Origin: Vicinamibacteria bacterium
GTDB lineage: Bacteria; Acidobacteriota; Vicinamibacteria; Marinacidobacterales; Marinacidobacteraceae
Assembly (NCBI GenBank): GCA_965232015.1
Contig: OZ246946.1
Coordinates: 3,430,612-3,494,611 of the forward strand
Direction: 5' to 3'
DNA length: 64,000 nucleotides
In this document: positions 17,645-25,874 of the stretch, in pieces
How the letters are laid out: each line of letters begins with the position of its first letter
How positions within the stretch are numbered: position 1 is the first letter of the stretch
Program-made: the position numbers and the translations under genes
Notes under the pieces: generated by a model
Told to the model about the DNA's origin: nothing
What the model saw: only the letters and a program-made list of their open reading frames with translations
Database searches by the model: none

Positions 17645-19477
17645 ATGCACTACGAGAAAATGACGCACAACGACGCGGGGCAGCGGGTCGCTCCCCGCTC
17701 GCCCTACGACGAAGGGTGGAAGGAGTGGGTCTCAGCGACCGGGGTCCGTGGCTATATGCTCGGGGAGACGCTTGGGGATTGGCTGAACCTCTACGGTGGA
17801 GACCTCGGGTTCGAGAAGGATCCTGAACCGGACCGGAGGCTGGACCTTCGGGAATTCAACTTCAGGAAGGGGGCGGAGTTCGAGGAACGGGTGGCGCGTT
17901 ACTTCGAGGATCAACTCGCGCGCCTCGAGTTCGACGAGCGAGCTGAACTGGTCCGCATCACGCCGATCCGCGCAAGCAGCCGGGACCCGAAGTACGCGGA
18001 GGCTACGCTCGACGCGCTCGCGGATGGCCGCGGGATCGTTCACAGCGGCGTTCTGTGGAACCCGGAGACCCGAACTTACGGCGTCCCTGATTTCCTCATT
18101 CGGTCCGATGTCTTCAAACGTCTGTTTCCCGGTCATCCGGACCCGTACGGAGACTCCGTCCGCAGCGGAGATGAGGCCGGAGCGTTGGACTGGCGCTATG
18201 TCGTTGTGGACGCCAAGTTCACGACGCTCTCCCTCTTGAAGGGAAAACAAACCCGCGGGAAACTCGGAAAAACGCGTTCGTCTCCGGCATACAAGGCGCA
18301 GCTTTTCCTCTACAACGAGGCCCTTGGCCGGCTGCAGGGGGAGGCGCCACGCGTGGCTTTCCTGTTGGGTCGCGGGGAACGAGGTTCCAGCGCTACGGAG
18401 AAACTCGCATGGGTCGTGATGAAAGACGTCGAGCAGCGCACGAAGGCTGCCGTAAAGTGGGTTCGCGACCTGCGGTCGGAAGGCGGGACCTGGCGGGTGC
18501 TGCCGGAGCCGAGTCGTCCGGAGCTTCGGCCTCCAGGCACCGGCGATTGGCCGTGGACGGGCGCCATCCGGCAGATCACGGACCATCTCGGCGATCCGAT
18601 CCGGCTCTGGCAGGTCCGCGCCAAGGGACGCGACAAGGCCGTCAGAAACGGCATCACCTCGTGGCGTGACTCCGGGGCGACTGCAGCTTCCTTCGACGTC
18701 ACGGGACCAGCGACTGGGCCGAGGCTGGATGCGATTCTGGACGTGAACCGCACCGAAGGACCGATCGTGCGGCCAGTGCGCGTCACCGGCGCCGACGAGA
18801 CGTGGCGCGACCCTTACAGCCTGGAGTTCTTCGTGGACTTCGAGACCGTGAACAACACGAACGACGACTTTCGCCGCTTCCCCGAGAAAGGCGGGCAACC
18901 GATGATCTTCATGATCGGCTGCGGACACATGGAGGAAGGCCGATGGCGGTTCCGCTGCTTCGTGGCCGACCGGTTGACTCCGAACGCGGAGGCGGAGGCG
19001 ATCGATGCGTGGATCGAACACATGAGCTCGGTCGGAATTCGCTTCGGTGTGGCCGAGGAGGCCCCGCGGGTATTCCACTGGGGGCATGCGGAAAAAGTGA
19101 GGCTGGAGACGGCGTACGATTCGGCATTCAAGCGGCACCCGGACAAGGACTGGGCGTCCTCACTCAAGCTCGGGTGGTTCGATCTGCTGAGCGAGGTCGT
19201 GCAGGCGCAACCCGTGGTCGTGCGCGGCGCCTTCGCATTCGGGCTCAAGGAGGTTGCAAAAGCTCTCCACGGCCACGGCCTCATCAGCACCGAGTGGGGG
19301 GACTCGGAGGTGGACGGGCAGGGCGCCATGGTCGGTGCGTGGCACAGCGACCGAGAGGCGGAAGACAGGGGAGTCCGACTGATTGATACGGATCTCATGC
19401 AGGAGATCCGGCGCTACAACCAAGTGGACTGCAAGGTGATGCAGGAGATTCTCGAGTACCTGCGCCAGCATCACTAA
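17645..19477 (+). CDS. RecB-family nuclease, TM0106-like (N-terminal PD-(D/E)XK / Cas4-like nuclease + C-terminal RNase-H-fold DnaQ-like domain)
   Basis: 610 aa. ...GVPDFLIRSD...YVVVDAKFTT... is a D...D-x-K nuclease motif. FFVDFETVNN...HWGHAEK...YNQVDCKVM is a DEDD-exonuclease-like pattern. The start MHYEKMTH is at 17645; the upstream part of the listed ORF is Arg-rich junk. Confidence 0.55.
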   Translation: MHYEKMTHNDAGQRVAPRSPYDEGWKEWVSATGVRGYMLGETLGDWLNLYGGDLGFEKDPEPDRRLDLREFNFRKGAEFEERVARYFEDQLARLEFDERAELVRITPIRASSRDPKYAEATLDALADGRGIVHSGVLWNPETRTYGVPDFLIRSDVFKRLFPGHPDPYGDSVRSGDEAGALDWRYVVVDAKFTTLSLLKGKQTRGKLGKTRSSPAYKAQLFLYNEALGRLQGEAPRVAFLLGRGERGSSATEKLAWVVMKDVEQRTKAAVKWVRDLRSEGGTWRVLPEPSRPELRPPGTGDWPWTGAIRQITDHLGDPIRLWQVRAKGRDKAVRNGITSWRDSGATAASFDVTGPATGPRLDAILDVNRTEGPIVRPVRVTGADETWRDPYSLEFFVDFETVNNTNDDFRRFPEKGGQPMIFMIGCGHMEEGRWRFRCFVADRLTPNAEAEAIDAWIEHMSSVGIRFGVAEEAPRVFHWGHAEKVRLETAYDSAFKRHPDKDWASSLKLGWFDLLSEVVQAQPVVVRGAFAFGLKEVAKALHGHGLISTEWGDSEVDGQGAMVGAWHSDREAEDRGVRLIDTDLMQEIRRYNQVDCKVMQEILEYLRQHH

Positions 19478-19708
19478 CGAACGGCTTCTCCCCGTGGCCT
19501 CCGCATGACGCTCGTCATCGCATAGGGGGCCGTCGTCCTGATGTGCAGCCAGTGCTCCGCCGGAAAGTCGTGGAACGCCAGCAGCGCCTACCGATCCACA
19601 TGTTCGCGTGTTCCGTCGGCTTCATGAGGACCGCATCAGGACTGCATCGATCGGGCGAGTCCGCCGGCAGGGCGACGCCCGCCGATCGAGTGTGTCTCCG
19701 CCCGGGCT

Positions 19709-20053
19709 CTACAGGTCAAGTACCAGGCGGAGGCCTTGTTCGACGCGAGTCATCCATCGCGGCGACGCTTCCCCCGCGTGATCCGTGAGGCGGTCTTCGT
19801 TCAGAGTCAGGATCTGCGCGATGTTCGCGACCGAGTCTCTCGGGAGCCCGGTGACCCTGGCGGGGAGGAGGACGTTCCCGGGCGCTTCGGCCAGGCGCGT
19901 GTTCGACGTGAGCGCGACAGTGAGCACGGTCCGGAGGCGGCTGGCGAGGAAGGCATCGGACTGCACCACGAGCACGGGCCGACGGAATCCAGGCTCCGAC
20001 CCGCGCGGCGAAGGCAGATCAGCCCACCAGATCTCGCCGCGGCGAGCTACCAA
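19709..20053 (-). CDS. mazF: Type II toxin, MazF/PemK-family mRNA interferase
   Basis: RGEIWWADLPSPRGSEPGFRRPVLVVQSD... is the canonical PemK/MazF N-terminal motif. 114 aa, overlapping the upstream antitoxin by 7 nt. Confidence 0.8.
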   Translation of the reverse strand: MVARRGEIWWADLPSPRGSEPGFRRPVLVVQSDAFLASRLRTVLTVALTSNTRLAEAPGNVLLPARVTGLPRDSVANIAQILTLNEDRLTDHAGEASPRWMTRVEQGLRLVLDL

Positions 20054-20283
20054 TCCTCGCGCCCCACGGCCTCCGACTGGGCCGCAGCGAACACCGGATC
20101 AAGGCCATCCGGCTGGTCCGGCAGGACTTCGTTCAGCTTCGCCGCGATGGCGGCCGCGCGCCGCCGGTCAAGGTATTCGGTGAGCGCCTTCGCATAGAGC
20201 CGGCTCCGGGAAATTCCCTTGCGTCGGGCCGCTTCGTCGGCGCGAGCGAAGAGGTCGTCCGGCAGCGAAATCGCGGTCTTCAT
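20047..20283 (-). CDS. mazE: Type II antitoxin, ribbon-helix-helix (CopG/MazE-like)
   Basis: 78 aa: MKTAISLPDDLFARADEAARRKGISRSRLYAKALTEYL is an RHH fold signature. It is immediately upstream of, and overlapping, mazF. Confidence 0.7.
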   Translation of the reverse strand: MKTAISLPDDLFARADEAARRKGISRSRLYAKALTEYLDRRRAAAIAAKLNEVLPDQPDGLDPVFAAAQSEAVGREDW

Positions 20284-20564
20284 GAGGGAATCATACGTTT
20301 GTCATACCCGTTGGGTCCGCGCCGACGGCCTCTCCCGTCCGGCGGCGGAACGAGGTGGCTGCGAGAGACGGGGCGAGTCCCTGAACAGCGCCCGGAAGCC
20401 GCCGGCTCACGCCCAGTCGAAGTCCTCTGGCACACGGAAGTCCCGGCCGGGAACCCGGGCCGACGTACCGGCCGGGACTCCACCGTGCTCCCGCGCACGA
20501 GCGAGGGGTAGCGACACGTGTTGTCGTATGCAGCGCGTAGCGTCTCAGGAGCCATGGGGGAGCG

Positions 20565-22550
20565 ATGAATCCTGAACCGACGAACTCCGAGCGCCAGTCC
20601 GCGACCCGGCCCCGGCACCACCGGGCCAACCGAGTCGACCACCGAGCCCGCGCCCACGAGGCGTTCCGGCGCGAAGTGCGGGCGGCGACCGATCCGAACG
20701 GTGTGAACTGCCGTGGCGAACGCTGGCTGCACCGCGCCCTTTTCCGCGCCGACGTCGACGCGGTGAGCACCCTCCTGGATCGGGGCGCCGATCCGAACCG
20801 GACGAACGACCGGGGCTGGACGCCTCTCCATGTAGCGGTCGTCAGGGGCGAGGCGCGGAGTGCCAGGACGCTGCTCGACCGGGGCGCCGATCCGAACCTT
20901 CGGGACTCGACTGGATGGTCTCCCCTGGACCGCGCCGTCGCGCGGGACCACTGCGACCTCGCCGAGCTGTTGCTGGACCGGGGCGCTGATGTCCGCGCCA
21001 CGGACGCGCGGGGCGTGACGCCGCTCCACCGGGCACCGTCGGAATCCGTGGCGAAGCTGCTGCTGGACCGCGGGGCCGACCCGCGGGCCAGGGACGGATC
21101 GGGCCGCACGGCCATCGAGCGCGAGCCGGTTGCCCGGGCGCAGTTCGAACGCTGCGTTGCCGACCTGGAACGCGTCGAGTCGAAAGGCGGCGGCCAGAGC
21201 GAGCGCGCGCGGAACTCCGGCGCGATCCGAAGGCTGCTGGACGGCGGGCTCGATCCGGGCAGTTCGGGGACCAAGGGCGACACCGTGCTCCATCGGGCTG
21301 CTTCCGATGGTGACACCCGGTTGCTGGCGTCGCTGCTGGCCCACGGTGCGGACCTGAACGCCCGCAACGCCTACGGCAAAGTCCCTCTCCACCTCGCATG
21401 CGATGCCGAATCGGCGCGTCTCTTGTTGCGACACGGTGCGGACCCGGATGCCCGGGATAACCGAGGCAAAGTCCCTCTCCACCTCGCATGCGATGCCGAA
21501 TCGGCGCGTCTCTTGTTGCGACACGGTGCGGATCCGGATGCCCGGGATAACCGAGGCGAAGCCCCCCTCCACCGGGCGCACAACGCGGAGATCGTGCGAG
21601 TTCTGTTGGAACACGGCGCCGACCCGAATGCCCGGGACAACGAGGGTACGGCCCCTCTGCGCTTCACTGGCAGTGGACGAGAGGCGCATCTCCTGCTGGA
21701 ACACGGTGCCGACCCGGGCGTTGTCTCCGTCTGCATGGCACGCGATCCCGAGTGGATGCGTGTTCTGTTGGAACATGGCGCCGACCCGAATGCCCGGAAC
21801 GACGATGGCGGCACCGCTCTCCACCAGCCCCATGTCGTCGCAGAGAGCGTGCGTGTTCTGATGGAACACGGGGCGGACCCGAATGCCCGGAACAACGACG
21901 GCGCTACCCCTCTGCACCTGGTCCACTACGACGACAGCGCGCGCATCCTGCTGGAGCGGGGCGCGGACCCGGATGCCCGGAACAACGACGGCGCTACCCC
22001 CCTGCACCTGGCCGTGGCCCGCAGCTCTTGGAGAGCGCGCATCCTGCTGGAGCGCGGCGCCGATCCCGACATCGCCGACGCGGCGGGGGTCACGGCGCTG
22101 GAGCACTTCGTCGAGTGTCCGGACGCCGCTCTCGTCCTGCTGAACGGGTTTCCGGACCCTGCGGCGCCGAACGACTGGGAACGAGCGCTGCTCGATGCGC
22201 TCCTCGAGACGTACGGGGATCCCGGAGCGACGGCGAACCTGCGAGATGACATCTCGCTGGTCGGGCTTCAGGGGACGCTGCAGGCTGGGCGCCTACCCGA
22301 AGGCGCCGAGCGAGTCGTTGTCACGGTTCGCCTCGCCCGCGCCGTGTGTTGCCCGCCCCACGTCCGGGACTGGCTCCAGGCTCACGTCCCGAACGCGGAC
22401 CCGAACGACCTGGACTTCAGCCTGCCGGTGGCCGAAGTGATGCGACTCGGAAGCCGCGACGATGATCCCTCGGAGTGGGCTCGCATCGGGGCCTGCGCCA
22501 TCCGTCTGGCTCACGCCCTGGCTCGCGCGCGCGGCGTCGCCTCGGACTGA
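20565..22550 (+). CDS. Ankyrin-repeat protein (about 13 ANK-like units + conserved ~110-aa C-terminal domain), paralog 1
   Basis: Repeated ...G.TPLH.A......V..LLE.GADPNARN/D... units run throughout. It has a good SD (GGGGGAG) before the ATG. A 90-bp perfect internal tandem duplication is present. Confidence 0.8.
   Translation: MNPEPTNSERQSATRPRHHRANRVDHRARAHEAFRREVRAATDPNGVNCRGERWLHRALFRADVDAVSTLLDRGADPNRTNDRGWTPLHVAVVRGEARSARTLLDRGADPNLRDSTGWSPLDRAVARDHCDLAELLLDRGADVRATDARGVTPLHRAPSESVAKLLLDRGADPRARDGSGRTAIEREPVARAQFERCVADLERVESKGGGQSERARNSGAIRRLLDGGLDPGSSGTKGDTVLHRAASDGDTRLLASLLAHGADLNARNAYGKVPLHLACDAESARLLLRHGADPDARDNRGKVPLHLACDAESARLLLRHGADPDARDNRGEAPLHRAHNAEIVRVLLEHGADPNARDNEGTAPLRFTGSGREAHLLLEHGADPGVVSVCMARDPEWMRVLLEHGADPNARNDDGGTALHQPHVVAESVRVLMEHGADPNARNNDGATPLHLVHYDDSARILLERGADPDARNNDGATPLHLAVARSSWRARILLERGADPDIADAAGVTALEHFVECPDAALVLLNGFPDPAAPNDWERALLDALLETYGDPGATANLRDDISLVGLQGTLQAGRLPEGAERVVVTVRLARAVCCPPHVRDWLQAHVPNADPNDLDFSLPVAEVMRLGSRDDDPSEWARIGACAIRLAHALARARGVASD
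21375..21554. repeat. Intragenic tandem duplication, 2 x 90 bp (one 30-aa ankyrin unit), 1 mismatch
   Basis: GGCAAAGTCCCTCTCCACCTCGCATGCGATGCCGAATCGGCGCGTCTCTTGTTGCGACACGGTGCGGA(C/T)CCGGATGCCCGGGATAACCGAG is repeated head-to-tail. Confidence 0.9.
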
Positions 22551-22722
22551 GCGGCCCTCCGGGGCTCCTCGCGAAACGCCACAAGGGGTCTCGCCTCCTC
22601 GCTCACGGCGGATGCCCGGCAGCCCGGCGGCGTTGAGCCAACACGCACTCTCCAAGGGATAGCTACGACGCGTGTTGTCACATCTCGGCTTTACCGTCAT
22701 TCGCTCCAGTGGGGAGAGAACC

Positions 22723-24864
22723 ATGAATCCAGTGACGAACTCCGAGCGCTCCGTCCCGTCGCTGTCCCGGGGCGGGAAGCGGCGACTCGGCACCCGGACG
22801 CGTGCGGTCGCAACGTTCCGGCGCGAAGTGAAGGCGGCCACCGATCCGAACGCCACGGACCGTCACGGTGACCCCTGGCTCCACCGCGCCCTTCGCCGCC
22901 CCGACGCCGAGGCCGTGAAAGCGCTCCTCGCCTGCGGCGCCGACCCGAACCGGACGAACGGCCGGGGCTGGACGGCTCTCCACGTAGCGGTCATGAGGGG
23001 CCAGCCGGCAATCGCGATCGCGATGCTGGATCGGGGAGCGGATCCGTGCGTCCGAGACGCAGCGGGATGGTCTCCCCTGGACCGCGCCGTGGTGCGGAAC
23101 GACGGCGAACTCACCGGGCTGCTGCTGGACCGTGGCGCTGACGTCCGCGCCTCGGACCCGCGGGGCGTGACGCCGCTCCACCGGGCCCGGTCGCGGCCCG
23201 TGGCGAAGCTGCTGCTGGACCACGGCGCCGACCCGAACGCAAGGGATGGATCGGGGCGCACGGCCGCGGAGCGCGAGCCGGTCGCCCGAGTGCTGTTCGA
23301 GCGCTGCCTCGACGACCTGAAGCGCGCAGAGTCGGGGGGTGGCGGGCGTGGCCATCGGCGCGAGATCCAGCCTCTCGTGAACCGCCGGTTCGCTCCCAGC
23401 AGATCGGGGAAGAGGGATGACACCCTGCTCCACCGGGCCGTTTGGGAACGCGACGAACGGCTGACGGCGCTGCTACTTGCCCACGGGGCGGACCCGAACG
23501 CCCGGAACATCACGGGCGAGGTCCCGCTTCACCGGGCGCACGACGCGCGATGTGTGCGCCTTCTCCTGGAGAACGGTGCTAACGCGAACGCCCGGAACAG
23601 GGCGGGCGAGGTCCCACTCCACGGGGCGTGTACTACGAAGATCGTCCGCCTTCTGTTGGAACATGGGGCCGATACCGAAGCTAGCAGATACCGCCAAGAC
23701 GGTTCCGGAGACGGTACGCCGCTCCACCGGACCGACGACCCGGAGGCCGCGCGCCTTCTGCTGCGACACGGCGCGCATGTGGAAGCCCGGAATCTCGACG
23801 ACTGTACGCCTCTACACTACGCTCGGAACGCGGATATAGCGCGTGTGTTGCTGGAACACGGGGCGGACCCGAATGCGCGGGCCGACGAAGGAGATGCCCC
23901 ACTCCATATGGCGTACCGCTCGGAGACTACGTGTGCCTTGCTGGAACACGGGGCGGACCCGAATGCCCGGAACGACGAAGGAAGTACCCCGCTCCATCAG
24001 GCGTCCGGCTCGGAGCCCAAACGTGTCCTGCTGGAACACGGGGCGGACCCGAACGCCCGGGACAACGAAGGAAATACGCCACTCCATGAGGCGTACTTCT
24101 CGGAGACTGTGCGTGTCTTGCTGGAACACGGGGCGGACCCGAACGCCCGGAACGACGAAGGAAATACCCCGCTCCATCAGGCGTCCGGCTCGGAGGCCGT
24201 GCGTTTGTTGCTGGAACACGGGGCGGACCCGAACGCCCGGAACGACGAAGGAAATACCCCGCTCCATCAGGCGTCCGGCTCGGAGGCCGTGCGTTTGTTG
24301 CTGGAACGCGGGGCGGATCCGAGCGTCGCCAACCGAGCGGGACATACACCGCTGTACGTCCACTCTCGCGATCGGGACTCGTCTAATGCTATCGCGATGG
24401 TGATGTTCCTGGTGAACCACGTTGCGAACTCTCCCGCACCGGACTCCAGCGAGCAACTCCTGCATGACCTCGACGCGGTGTACGCAGAACTCGGAGCGCC
24501 CGGAGAGCTGCGCGACGATATCCCGCTGGACGGACTCGCAGAGCGCCTGCCGCGGGGAGACATTCCTGACGGCGCCGCGCGGGTCGTCGTCACGGTCCAC
24601 CTGGCCCAAGCAGTGTTCTGGTATCGGAAAGGCGTCCGGGATTGGCTGAAGGCTCACGTTCCGAACGTGGACCCGGACGACAAGAGCTTCGGCCTGCCGG
24701 TGGCCGAAGTGATGCGCCTTGCGAACCGAAGCGGCGATTCCTCGCAGATGGCCCACGTCTGCGCGGAGGTCATCCGTTTCGCGTGCGCGATCGTTCGCGC
24801 CCGCAGGGTGGTTGCTTCGTGTATCGGTCAGCGGTCCTCCGGGAGCAGTCCCGGAGCGCCCTGA
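22723..24864 (+). CDS. Ankyrin-repeat protein, paralog 2 (about 15 ANK-like units + the same C-terminal domain)
   Basis: The N-terminus MNPVTNSERS is homologous to paralog 1 (MNPEPTNSERQ). The C-terminal region ...RVVVTVHLAQAV...VRDWLKAHVPNVDPDD...LPVAEVMRL... aligns with paralog 1. It contains a perfect 2 x 90 bp tandem duplication. Confidence 0.8.
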   Translation: MNPVTNSERSVPSLSRGGKRRLGTRTRAVATFRREVKAATDPNATDRHGDPWLHRALRRPDAEAVKALLACGADPNRTNGRGWTALHVAVMRGQPAIAIAMLDRGADPCVRDAAGWSPLDRAVVRNDGELTGLLLDRGADVRASDPRGVTPLHRARSRPVAKLLLDHGADPNARDGSGRTAAEREPVARVLFERCLDDLKRAESGGGGRGHRREIQPLVNRRFAPSRSGKRDDTLLHRAVWERDERLTALLLAHGADPNARNITGEVPLHRAHDARCVRLLLENGANANARNRAGEVPLHGACTTKIVRLLLEHGADTEASRYRQDGSGDGTPLHRTDDPEAARLLLRHGAHVEARNLDDCTPLHYARNADIARVLLEHGADPNARADEGDAPLHMAYRSETTCALLEHGADPNARNDEGSTPLHQASGSEPKRVLLEHGADPNARDNEGNTPLHEAYFSETVRVLLEHGADPNARNDEGNTPLHQASGSEAVRLLLEHGADPNARNDEGNTPLHQASGSEAVRLLLERGADPSVANRAGHTPLYVHSRDRDSSNAIAMVMFLVNHVANSPAPDSSEQLLHDLDAVYAELGAPGELRDDIPLDGLAERLPRGDIPDGAARVVVTVHLAQAVFWYRKGVRDWLKAHVPNVDPDDKSFGLPVAEVMRLANRSGDSSQMAHVCAEVIRFACAIVRARRVVASCIGQRSSGSSPGAP
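24121..24300. repeat. Intragenic perfect tandem duplication, 2 x 90 bp (30-aa ankyrin unit LLEHGADPNARNDEGNTPLHQASGSEAVRL)
   Basis: 24121-24210 is identical to 24211-24300 base for base. Confidence 0.9.
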
Positions 24865-24962
24865 CGCTCGGCCGCCAGGTCCGGGCGGCCGGTGCGTTCC
24901 GGTGCGAAGTGCAAGCTGGTTCTCGGGTTCGTGGCGCCTGACCCAGATCGGCGCGAACCTGA

Positions 24963-25391
24963 CTACGGGGAAGGCAACTCGGTCTCGCGGTGACTGCGTC
25001 TGCTCCGCATGAGCCGGATCGGCCCTGGATACCGTCCAACCTCGCGGTCGGCGGTGAGCAGCGGGATCCCCTCGACCTGAGCCTGGGCGATCAGGATGCG
25101 ATCGAAGGGATCCTTGCGGATCGGTGGGAGGAGCGCTACGGCTGCCGCGTGGGCGCCGGTGACCGGGAGTTCGGTGTAGTCGTGCTCACGCAGCGCGTGG
25201 CGCAGAAACTGTGGATCCGGGAGCCCACCGCCGCGGCGCAGGGAACTCTTGATCGCAACCTCCCAGATGGACGCGGCGCTGAAGAGTGGCTGTCCGTTGG
25301 GATCTCTGATCAGTGCCAGGGCTCGCTCCGACAGGCGCTCGGGCGAAATCGCAGCCCACAGCAGGAGATGAGTGTCGAGAAGGAGTCTCAA
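24963..25391 (-). CDS. vapC: Type II toxin VapC (PIN-domain ribonuclease)
   Basis: MRLLLDTHLLLW...IWEVAIK...LLTAD... is a PIN-domain acidic-residue pattern. 142 aa; a 4-nt overlap with the upstream antitoxin. Confidence 0.8.
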   Translation of the reverse strand: MRLLLDTHLLLWAAISPERLSERALALIRDPNGQPLFSAASIWEVAIKSSLRRGGGLPDPQFLRHALREHDYTELPVTGAHAAAVALLPPIRKDPFDRILIAQAQVEGIPLLTADREVGRYPGPIRLMRSRRSHRETELPSP

Positions 25392-25669
25392 ACTTCTTCG
25401 GGGTCCCCTTCGTCACCGTCCGAGACACCCTCCCGTCGGCCCTCGAACATGGCCTGGATTTCGTCGGCGCCCAGAGTGTCGAAGTCGTCCGGCACCTGGA
25501 CCTGTCCAGTCAGGAAGCCCAGGCGCGTCTTCGGCGGGGGCGGCTCCACCGCACTCACCTGGACAAGCGGCGTCCCGGCGCGGGCGATGATGAAGGGCTC
25601 GCCGCCGACGGCCTCGCGCACCAGGCGCGAGAGATTGGTCTTGGCATGGTGCATGTTGACCTTTCGCAT
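25388..25669 (-). CDS. Type II antitoxin, Phd/YefM family
   Basis: MHHAKTNLSRLVREAVGGEPFIIARAGTPLVQV is a Phd/YefM N-terminal signature. It is translationally coupled to vapC. Confidence 0.7.
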   Translation of the reverse strand: MRKVNMHHAKTNLSRLVREAVGGEPFIIARAGTPLVQVSAVEPPPPKTRLGFLTGQVQVPDDFDTLGADEIQAMFEGRREGVSDGDEGDPEEV

Positions 25670-25874
25670 GACGACCCCCTCAGTCTAGCCCACCGGACTT
25701 AGTTTAGTCTCACGTCGGGGCAGGCCCCGTTGATCGGCCGCGGGTCGAGCGCAGCGGGGTCGGCGCACTTCGCGGTGATGCGCCGTGGCTCCCGTCGGTG
25801 TCGAGAACCGGCGTGGCGCGCCCTGTCCCGCGGCTGATTCCCGCGGCGGGCGCAGGCCGGCATAATCCGCCGCC

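Noticed and set aside
20280-22106. 608-aa and 358-aa minus-strand ORFs antisense to the first ankyrin gene
   Set aside because: Repetitive translations (VVPGIRVR...) simply mirror the ankyrin DNA repeats on the opposite strand, with no independent support.
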